Shown: positions 47,877 through 57,444 of the stretch, one piece after another
Layout of the letters: each line of letters opens with the position of its first letter
Numbering within the stretch: the stretch's first letter is position 1
Assembly: GCA_905250115.1 (NCBI GenBank)
Contig: CAJNOI010000163.1
Location: 59,707-123,706, forward strand
Direction of reading: 5' to 3'
DNA from: Adineta steineri
Lineage: Eukaryota
Length of the DNA: 64,000 nucleotides
The notes under the pieces: model-generated
The model's input: only the letters and a program-made list of their open reading frames with translations
The model's database searches: none
Told to the model about the DNA's origin: nothing
Program-made: the position numbers and the translations under genes

Positions 47877-50496
47877 TTGAAAAAAGCTAATTACACACAA
47901 GTATCATGTGAGGACGAGGAAGCAGCTTTTTCGGACAGTGAAAATGACGATAACGAATATTATGAACCATCTTCTCCTCGGTTTACACCCATTCGTAGAT
48001 CTTCTTTTACGAGTCATGATTTGGCCACTCCAATGATGGTTGTAACTAATGAAGAAGAACGCTCTCAAAAAACGAATTTACTATTAAGATCACAACCTGA
48101 TTACATGCCAACATCTCCTAGTTATAAAAAAACAGAAGAAAAGAAAGAGAAAAAAAGTAAGATCGTTATAATTAACAAATCCATTTTATATATTCATTAT
48201 AGAATCAGTGCCTGAACCATCACAACCAAAGTTTGATACTACAATACCAATGTTCGTATATTTCAGACTTTCTATCATGTAAACATTGACATTTTCATTT
48301 AGGATGGAAAGTTGTAAGATGCCATCATCGGATCGCAGCGAAAGTCCTATGAATAATAGTAAGATATGAAGCTCATCTTAGCAATGTTTATGAGTTCAGT
48401 ACACTTGAGTTTTGACTGATTTTTCAAAATTAAAATCATTAAGAATTACCAAATTTTCCTCGAGCACGATCTTTAGTCATTGTAGTTCAATATTTCAATT
48501 AATTCGTTATACATATTAAATATGTTCATTTTAGGTATCGAATTAATAACATCAATCGATCCTTTTGACAATGTTGCAGATACTTCTGTTCCTTCTCCTG
48601 CACCATCGTCATCAACAGCAGCATATCGAACAATATCGCTATCAGAAGAAGCAGCATCATCTTCATCTAGGCAGGGTGGCAGCTGTATGGGATCTTCTAT
48701 AGTATCAGAACCGAAGCTAATTATTAGTAAGATAGAATCAAACAACTTTTTCCGACCATTTGAATTAATAAACTATATGATCATAGATACATCTTTTCAA
48801 TCCTACATAAAACCTGGCAAACATGGTCGCGGTCGAGTTATTACATATGATTCACAAGAACCTATTGCTAATATACAAGTTGAAACACTACAAACAAATT
48901 CTACATTTGTACATATTGATCAAGATATATTATATGATGAAAAGTGTGATGATGCAAGAGATATGACGAAAACTTCAATATATAATACACCTATCTGTGA
49001 TCTACTACTTCTCGATGTCTCTCCACTTAGTTTGGGCGTCGAAGATATTTACGGTAATATGCATATACTTATTCCTCGTAATACAACCATTCCAACACGA
49101 ACTCAATTTTATCCAATATTTACAAATGCATATGCTTATCAAACAACAGCTACTATTCGCATATTTGAAGGTGAACATACTCTCACAAAATACAATGTAT
49201 GTAATGTTTTAATTTGATAAACATTTTATTTCTAATTTTCCCTATTGTATAGATGTTCTTGCACGAATTCAGTCTTTCTGATTTAACAAATAATTTTGCT
49301 GCTGAGACACTTGAAATATCTATTCGTATGGATATTGATGCTAATGGTATACTTCATGTCGATGCTGAAGAAGTTTGCTCGGGTGCCAAAACTTCATTGA
49401 CTTTCGGAAATGATAAACATAGTTTGCTAATGATTGAGATATTTGATATTATCATTAAATAGTATTTATATTTATGTAGAATCAACAAAAGATGATATTG
49501 AGCAACATATTTTATTTATAGAACGTGATGCAAATTGTAAAGCTAAATATGGTTAGTTTTCAAAGGATATATTATATTTAATTAGTATTATTTTTTGTAG
49601 TTCGTAACCGTAAACCAGATGATCCTCGATATCCAGTTCGTATTCTGTTATCTTTGTATAGTTTGATTGTTTTTATTTTTTATCTTTTGTTAGTTGAATG
49701 GTCAAATTCAAGGTATAATACACAACTTTTCCAGTGAATTTGGTACTTCATTCGGTAATTTATTCGTAGTTCTTGTTTTGAGAAATATATTGTAATCATA
49801 TATAAATTCAGGTCAAACGATTACTGCTCCACTTCTCAGTAAACTAAAAGATATCCGTTTTACAACAACAATGATTGAAGAGCTAATGAAACTTCAATCT
49901 GAAGTATTATTATTTACAAAATTCCATTAACTATTTATTATATTCCATTTGATTTACATATAGGATGGCTCATTTGCATTAAATATAGATTTAGCTAATG
50001 TACTTTATATCAATCATAAGATCTTTAATGATCTTGAACATTATTTACGTGAACAAGGCTTTAACTCACTCGGTGAGAATGAATAATTTATTGGTAAAGT
50101 TTAGAGACATGTATTTCAATTTTCTTAGCTTTAAGTATACAAAATGAAATTCTTCGTTTGATTGGTACGGGCATCATTCTCATATGGCTTGTTTTTCAAG
50201 CGCAAGTTTTAGAACAAAATACATCACAATTTAAATTTAACTTGGAACAAATCATGGTAAATGGATTCTTTTTAGATCTTCTTCTTTTTACATTTTCATC
50301 TTTCTAGATATCTACGGTTCCTCTGTACAATCATTTACCTTCTAAGCTGATCGAACAAATTAGCAAAGCTATTGAATTCTATCAACAAACAAGTCAACAT
50401 AATAATATATATTGTAGTCAATTGGAGTTGAAGGATCCAACGTGGGACATATTTATTCAACATTTGTTCATTGATATCGATCATGTCAATAATTAA
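47877..50496 (+). CDS. Protein with an Hsp70-type substrate-binding domain but no nucleotide-binding domain. It has an acidic/S-P-rich N-terminus. Multi-exon.
   Basis: LLLLDVSPLSLGVEDIYGNMHILIPRNTTIPTRTQ…TIRIFEGEHTLTKYN (compare Hsp70 LLLLDVAPLSLGIETAGGVMT.LIKRNTTIPTKQTQ…IQVYEGER.MTKDN). The next exon has LEISIRMDIDANGILHVDAEE (compare IEVTFDIDANGILNVSA). Upstream exons encode EDEEAAFSDSENDDNEYYEPSSPRF… and PSPAPSSSTAAY…, with no ATPase motifs. Confidence 0.55.
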
Positions 50497-50778
50497 ATTA
50501 TGCATTCTAATGGCAATTCTTTCTTATTCGAATATAGTCTTATCTTTATACTTTAATTATTCTAAATTTGAAACATTTCAATATTGTTTGTTTATTCTTC
50601 AACAAAAACAGGATGTGGGATGCGAGTGATGAAACACTCACGCTCTAATAAATTGACTATTTTCAAAGACATCTGTTTCTCTTATATATTATTACTTTTA
50701 ATCATTCATTTTAATCAAATTATAGATTTCTACTATAAAGCTTGACACAAACTTGCCACTGAAAAGAGAAATGTATAG

Positions 50779-52329
50779 TTAAACTTTAGTTAAAATCCAA
50801 CGTAGGGCATCGTTTTGAACAAAATCGACGATGCCGACGTTGGATGTATCATGAAGAGCAAATACACGCCACCATGCATTTCGAGGTCGGAAGCGGAATA
50901 CATTGTTTCCGTACGAAGAAAGTACCCATTCCTGATTAACATTGCTTGACCAATTGTTTGTTTGAACTCCACCAGTTTTTGCCGTTACATTGTAAGCGGT
51001 AAGAGCACTGGCGTTGGCATTTTGTGACGATAATCGATAAGTACCATTATCAAGCCAACTAATATTCCATTTCTGATGTGCACTATTGCATCCTCCACTT
51101 TCTAATTGAACTCTACTGACGTTGCCATTGACATAAGTACTAAGACATTTATCTGGTTGTGATTTCGGCGCGAGACGATAAATGCCATCGGGAAGAACAC
51201 GAGCTAATTCTTCTTGCATTTGCATATAGGCCGGTTTCAGCTGATAATTCGAGTCACTAGGTAGTGCAGCTCCTTCCGTATTGTTATAAAAAGCAGGAAC
51301 CCAACTGTATCGATCGGTGAAACCCCAAGTGATTAGTGCACGACATCTTGGAGAAAAGTGTAATGCATACTTCAAGAGAGCACGATAGAGACGGCCTTGT
51401 CTCTCTAAATCATTCGGATCTCGAGGATTTCCTGCATTTATCGGAATAGCTACATCTAACTCAGTTACCATGAAATCAAAGTCATTGTCTATTAATCGTT
51501 GAGCATTCTGGTAATGTTGATCACCAGGATTGACTGTTCGTGAGATTCGTATATGCCATTGCATACCAACACCGTGAATGGTAGCACCTTGTGATCTCAC
51601 CCATTTGATTAGTTCAAGTACTCTACTTGATTTTGATCCCATATCTTCATTATTATAATCATTGTAATATAATTGAGCCTGAGGATCAGCTTGATGAGCA
51701 AACATAAAAGCATATTTAACAAAATCTTGGCCCAATTTTCGATACCAAAAGCAATCACGCAAATTAAATGGACGACTATTATTCTTCGAATCCTCGACGG
51801 CTTCATTTACTACATCCCACCAAAGTACTTTGCTTCGGTAGCGACCGACTACTGCATGAATGTAATCACTCAACAATAACTTGACTTTGTCGGATGATAA
51901 TGACGATTCCTGTTTCAATAACCAGTCTGGCGTATATTTGTCTTGAGCCCACACTAGAGTATGTCCTCGTATTTGCATTCCATTCTGTTGAGCCCATCCT
52001 GTGGAATTTGGTGTCGAGCCCAAAAGCCAATCACAGTCGATCCAACTGTAATTGTTTATACCACGCCACAGTTTCATAGGTTTAAAATCGTTCTCCGGCT
52101 CAATCACATGATAGTTTTTTTTTATAAAGGAGTTGTACTGGCCACCGTCGATATCCTTTCGTAAATTGTTAATGCTAGCTGCTGTGCCAAATAAAACGCC
52201 GCGAAGAGCTGAAGATGCTCGAAGTCCAAATGGATCTATTGCCCTAACAGGTGCACTATTCATCAAGTAGTACCATAGTAGTATCGTCGTCCACTTCCTG
52301 ATGAACGATGATGAGAAATGGCACTGCAT
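50779..52329 (-). CDS. Secreted GH10 endo-1,4-beta-xylanase with a C-terminal ricin-B lectin (CBM13) domain, intronless, 516 aa.
   Basis: GH10 catalytic signatures WDVVNEAVED (acid/base Glu) and MVTELDVAIP (nucleophile Glu). HTLVW and ITWGFTD are also present. C-terminal QxW repeats: AHQKWNISWLDNGTYRL, NQEWVLSSYGNNVFRFR, NDALRWIL. N-terminal signal peptide. The ORF is GC-richer than its flanks. Confidence 0.85.
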   Translation of the reverse strand: MQCHFSSSFIRKWTTILLWYYLMNSAPVRAIDPFGLRASSALRGVLFGTAASINNLRKDIDGGQYNSFIKKNYHVIEPENDFKPMKLWRGINNYSWIDCDWLLGSTPNSTGWAQQNGMQIRGHTLVWAQDKYTPDWLLKQESSLSSDKVKLLLSDYIHAVVGRYRSKVLWWDVVNEAVEDSKNNSRPFNLRDCFWYRKLGQDFVKYAFMFAHQADPQAQLYYNDYNNEDMGSKSSRVLELIKWVRSQGATIHGVGMQWHIRISRTVNPGDQHYQNAQRLIDNDFDFMVTELDVAIPINAGNPRDPNDLERQGRLYRALLKYALHFSPRCRALITWGFTDRYSWVPAFYNNTEGAALPSDSNYQLKPAYMQMQEELARVLPDGIYRLAPKSQPDKCLSTYVNGNVSRVQLESGGCNSAHQKWNISWLDNGTYRLSSQNANASALTAYNVTAKTGGVQTNNWSSNVNQEWVLSSYGNNVFRFRPRNAWWRVFALHDTSNVGIVDFVQNDALRWILTKV

Positions 52330-52667
52330 TGCTTTAGCAAATTATGTGACACAACTATTATAAAAAAGAAAGATTGGTATTGTTCTACTGATGCCGGTTT
52401 ATTTTATTTTCATTTCTTTGAAGAATTGAAATAATACTTTAATCTTTTTTAATATACAGTAGATCATGTTTCATTCTCATCAATTTAGAGTAGGTGTCGA
52501 TTAAATATGGTACCCATATTCTCGTCAATCTCCATCGCTAATCATTCGCACTGTCGTTAAGATGTACCTTTTTGTACTTCATATTTTGGTTTCTAATGAA
52601 CTATGTTTCGTAACAGATGTAATTTTCTCTATAAACATGCAGCAAAGAGTTTATTGAGATAGTTCTT

Positions 52668-52735
52668 GAGCATGTGGGTGTGGATAAAAGCAATACATAT
52701 AAATATCACCTCAGCATGAACACCCACATTCTACT
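52668..52735. repeat. Telomere-motif micro-hairpin with termini catgtgggtgtgg … catgaacacccacat.
   Basis: The CATGTGGGTG/CACCCACATG terminal inverted pair is the same as in the copy at 57098. Confidence 0.5.
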
Positions 52736-52985
52736 AAAAAGTATCCTAATAAATCATAGTTGTATCGAATTCATATAAATATTTCGATTTATAGAATTAA
52801 AAGTAAACTTAATGGTTACAATGTAATTTGAAATATTGATAAATAAGCAATAGAATAAAAGATAAAGCATACTAAAGAAGTAAACAACCGAATAAGAACA
52901 TAAAAATATTCAAGAGAACTTCACAAATTACATGTTATCTAAGTATGTTATTTTTTTTCTACAATATTTTGAGATACAATACAAA

Positions 52986-54047
52986 TTATGAGAGGTTGGA
53001 CATTTTTCTTTTAGAAATTCCACGTGCATCACATTCGCAGATATTTAAAAGAATATCTATAGCACGAGAGTCAGAATTTGTAATGATTATGTCTTGATAA
53101 GTATCATCATTAAAATCATAAACACCAATATCAGATCCATAACGGACCATCTTATCCGATAATATGTTTTGCGTCTCAAAATAGCCGTCCCCATATCCAA
53201 GTAGCACATCTATACCATATGGCCTACCCGCAGCAGCAATGTCTAAATGATCATCACAATTAAAATCACCTACAACAACTGTAGATGGTATGCGATTAGA
53301 TTTCATGACAAAGTTATTCTTGACGGTGAAAAATCCATTTCTATATTTAGACAACACAGTGACTATGTTTATGCGTTCATCAGAGACAACGACGTCTGGT
53401 TGAGCATCGCCGTCAAAATCACCGCTTACACTATGGTGTGGATCAGAACCCAGGAAAGTATAAGATCGCTTCTGTACTTCAAAAGTTCCATTACCGCACC
53501 CAAGAAATATACCAACATTTACAGCTCTACTATTGGTGACAGCAATATCTACGTGTCCATCGCTATTAAAGTCACTAACAGTCAATGATTCAGGCTCACT
53601 TTGATATCCAGTAGAAAACATCAGCTGCGGTGAAAAAGTGTCATTAGCATTTCCAAAAAACACACAGACATTAGAATTAACAGTATTAATGACAGCAATA
53701 TCTGAATAATTGTCATGATTGAAGTCGACTACAACGATGTCATCGGGTATACATTTCGTTGTCCCTAATATTATATTCCGGACTCTAAAAGTTCCGTTAC
53801 TATTTCCAAATAGAATGTTTACATAGTTTGCATCGCTAATGGTGAATACGAGATCGGCTCGATTATCATTATTGAAATCACCAACTTTCATATGTGTCAT
53901 CCATAAAAAACTTCCTTTTTGAAAAATATTTTCTTTTGTAAAACGTCCGTTAGCATTCCCAGACAGTATGATCACACTTTCGTGATAGTTAGAAAAAACC
54001 ATAATATCAAGCCGACTGTCATCGTTGAAATCAGCAACAGCAAACAT
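52986..54047 (-). CDS. FG-GAP/VCBS-repeat (integrin-alpha-like beta-propeller) protein. The main ORF is intronless and there is a possible short upstream signal-peptide exon.
   Basis: At least 7 repeats of the form DFN(N/H/S)D.hhDIhV…h(F/L)GNGNGTF, for example VGDFNNDNRADLVFTISDANYVNILFGNSNGTF, VVDFNHDNYSDIAVINTVNSNVCVFFGNANDTF, VSDFNSDGHVDIAVTNSRAVNVGIFLGCGNGTF. An aatag acceptor lies just upstream of the first ATG in frame. Confidence 0.7.
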   Translation of the reverse strand: MFAVADFNDDSRLDIMVFSNYHESVIILSGNANGRFTKENIFQKGSFLWMTHMKVGDFNNDNRADLVFTISDANYVNILFGNSNGTFRVRNIILGTTKCIPDDIVVVDFNHDNYSDIAVINTVNSNVCVFFGNANDTFSPQLMFSTGYQSEPESLTVSDFNSDGHVDIAVTNSRAVNVGIFLGCGNGTFEVQKRSYTFLGSDPHHSVSGDFDGDAQPDVVVSDERINIVTVLSKYRNGFFTVKNNFVMKSNRIPSTVVVGDFNCDDHLDIAAAGRPYGIDVLLGYGDGYFETQNILSDKMVRYGSDIGVYDFNDDTYQDIIITNSDSRAIDILLNICECDARGISKRKMSNLS

Positions 54048-55024
54048 TATATCACCGTAAGCAATATCCGATATATTTATTGATATTGATCGAAATTCTA
54101 ACTTGCAAAGTGGAGCTATTAAAAATAAAATAATAAATTACTTTTTCGTATTCTTAGCGTAAAAGTATCTGGAAACATATTTATGCAAGTTGATATTAGA
54201 ACAGCTATTACATTTTTAGTTTTAGCAATCATTGAATAGCAGGAATACTCTACTAACTACGTTTGATTTAATTCATCTGGACATATTTAATCAAGAGAGA
54301 GAAACAGACGATTCTAGTCACTGGAATGGGAACCAAAAGCTATTATTACACTACTAAACTATAGATAAGAACTAAGTTGTAACTTCCATTATTTTGACGG
54401 AGAAGTTTTATTCTACAGCAATAACAAGTTTCAAAACACTTGTTAAAATTTAACTTGTGAACAGGAATAAGTTTCTGGTTATTCAGATTTAAAAAATAGT
54501 TTCATTTAACTATTATAGACATAAAACATATAGTGTTGTCCACACTAGTCAGAAAGTTCGTGACGATTTTATTTTGTACAAACTCTGAAGGAAACCTCGC
54601 CTTGTACTTTCATCATCTAGCTTCGATCACTGTAATATAGAAAAGTAGACAGGATAAAAGATCAATTCGAGTGATGTCACAACGAATGTGAATAGTTTCG
54701 AGTAATTCTATGTGAATCTATAGTCAAAAGATATCCACTGAGTTTTGTAACAATAGCGCTTTTTCTTGTATAACCAGACTATAAGAATTCCAACTATATA
54801 AGAGCTGAAGTTTGTCAGTTTTTCACTTTAATTCACTGACCTGTTGTGCTTGACAATGTTGATGTTGTTGTGTTTATTGTTGAGTTCAAATTAGTATCAA
54901 CTGTTGCACTGGCTGATGAAACTAATAAAAATATATTTGATAAATGCTCTCTTACAAAAATTTATTAGCTTAAATATTAAGAAAATTCAAAGTAAAATTG
55001 CATATAAAAGAACAATTTAGAGGT

Positions 55025-55080
55025 AGATGTGGGTGATTTTTCTTTGATAGATCACATCAACATCCTCACCCACCCTCAAG
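55025..55080. repeat. Telomere-motif micro-hairpin (gatgtgggtgattttt…cctcacccaccctcaag).
   Basis: Shares the CACCCACCCTCAAG end with 27508. Confidence 0.45.
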
Positions 55081-55345
55081 AATAATCAACGACTATCACA
55101 TTTACATTTATTTCGTCTTCCTGAGATTAATTTATTTAAGGTTTTGAAATGAATTCGAAGTGACTTTGCATGGCAAAATAAATTACACGTGTGAGGGAAT
55201 TTTATGCTTACCTTGTCGTGCGACATAAAATGAAAAAATAGTTAGAACTAATATGATCGAAATCAATAGTAGACATCCGAGGAGGATCTTCCAAGAACAT
55301 CGAATTGATGTAGTGACAATTGTTCTAATAAAAAGATATTTTAGA

Positions 55346-57022
55346 TTACAATTTGAATGAATACAACAGAACAAAAACATACCGAGATGTTATAGATGTC
55401 GGTCTCGATTCTGAGTTAGAAGCAGGATTATGTATGGTTGTGCTAAGAGTAACATTTGGTGTTATTTCAAGAGAATTGACAGGATGAATAGTATTCATCC
55501 GTTTTTTTCGATAATTATTTACTCTAAATGCAATTCGAACTATTTTAGGACAAATCCATTTAAGAACAATTGCTAAACCACCTTGAAGACCAAGTAAGAC
55601 AGTTATTATATAGATAAAGCTGCTTTTTTTTTGAATATAAGTATATGAACAATACGATAGAGAACATGCATGAAAATAAGATGAATAATTCATCTTCGTC
55701 TCCCATTTCTCGATGAATAGATTATCGATAAGTACAGCTATTGTAGTGTTTATTGAGAAGCGACTCCTATTGGCCAAGAGAGGATTATGAGATTTCGTAT
55801 AATTAGTATATTTATGAACGAGATCAATACATGAACGATCATAAAAACATTCAAGAGTCGAAGCACGAAATGATTCGCTTGGAGTACAACCAATTTTCAA
55901 ACCTTTAATTGGAGTTATTTCAGATGAATTTGATTTAATAAAATTTGCTTGACTTGTACAATTTAAATACAATCCACAAGAACACCCGTCATAAATTATA
56001 GCTCGAGTAGACGCATAAGTATATTTACGTGAATTCGGAACACCAATATATTCGAAATTTGTTGTATATGTTGACATGTAAGCATTTCCATGATTGATAT
56101 TTCGAATTAAGAAGAGAAGTTGACGGAATGTAGTAGGTACATTTGATTTGGTTTGTTCGATTAACGAATCAAGTTGATCACGAAAATTTGTTTCAGATAG
56201 AAGTTGAGAAGTAACAAATAGTGAGGTACGAAACTGGTTAATAGAATCGTATACTGATGTATTAGAGAGTTGACATAGTCCTTGAAGAGCTTGTAAATGA
56301 GCAGAAAGAAAACGACGATAGTCTCTTGATACATAAATAGACAAGTTAGAGATAAGACCAGATATAAGATCATTTCGGTATTGTTTTGTTGCAAATGGAC
56401 TCATACAAATCTATAAATAACAAAAGAAATAAAAAGAGGGAAAAACTATATTCTCAATTTCTATATAAAGCGTCCACAAAAACATTCTCATAAAATAAAC
56501 CTCCTTTTTTCAGTCAACTATCAACATATTTATTAAAGATATTATTCATTTCGGTTGTCAAGATTTATAATAGAGACGAAGAGAAGAACCGCCACTATAT
56601 CAACTATCGTTTATATTGAGCAGATTAGTATAATCTTAACTAACCGCATGAAATATTGGTTCAATTTCGATAAACTGATCATAAGTCGATGCAATCACTG
56701 AGCATGGACATTTTAATTCATCTCCATATTTTTGTCTTGAATCATTGTAAAACCTAAAAGATGGTTTATTGAAAGTCTTTGTCACTACTTGTGGTTGAAC
56801 TACGGTATAGATGGTGAGGATACTAAGACCACCGATGAATAAAGCAATGTAGAGACGGGTCGCCCATTGACCAAGACGTTTAGCTATTATTCGATCCATA
56901 CCACTACCCATATCACGTAATGAGAATATGTTTAGATCGATCAAAGTGGTACGCAAAAGTTTAATCAGACTTCGCATAGTAATTCTGAATCGATCGCACC
57001 AATTTTGATGAACTATACACAC
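55346..57022 (-). CDS. Member 1 of a lineage-specific two-TM membrane protein family with an N-terminal signal anchor, a conserved C-P-C-S motif, a large Cys-containing ectodomain and a C-terminal TM. Two exons: 57022 to about 56640 and about 56404 to 55346.
   Basis: Exon 1 …LYIALFIGGLSILTIYTVVQPQVVTKTFNKPSFRFYNDSRQKYGDELKCPCSVIASTYDQFIEIEPIFHAV. Exon 2 …GCSCGLYLNCTSQ…LECFYDRSCIDLV…YFHACSLSYCSYTYIQKKSSFIYIITVLLGLQGGLAIVL (C-terminal TM) followed by a basic tail. Paralogs lie at 57445-60984 and 61532-63009. Confidence 0.55.
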
Positions 57023-57097
57023 AAAAACAAATTATACATTTTCTTCGTTGATATAAAGTTTACTATTTCTCAACCGAAAAAGATGGTTGAAAAAAAT

Positions 57098-57160
57098 TTA
57101 CATGTTGGGTGTGGGTGTGGGTGCGTAGTCATTCGATTTCATTGACACCCACATCCGACT
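57098..57160. repeat. Telomere-motif micro-hairpin (catgttgggtgtgggtgtgggtgcg…cattgacacccacatcc).
   Basis: Contains (TGTGGG)2-like units, with an inverted cacccacat end. Confidence 0.5.
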
Positions 57161-57444
57161 CTTATTGACTTTTACTCACCTATAGTCTATTTTTTTTTGA
57201 CTCTCTTCGATTTCCTAGCACTATAAAGATATATCTCTTCTAGCGACAAAAGTCTTGAACTGTTTGAATTTTATTGAACTATCAATTCTTAAATCTTTTT
57301 AATAATCAATAGTAAAGTATCATGTTAGATGATACATCAATTTTTCTTACTTTTCTTCTCATTTTATACAAAATATATCATATAAAACATAAATCGTTGT
57401 TATATAAATATATTTACTCCGTACTTATTTTTATAGATATATTA

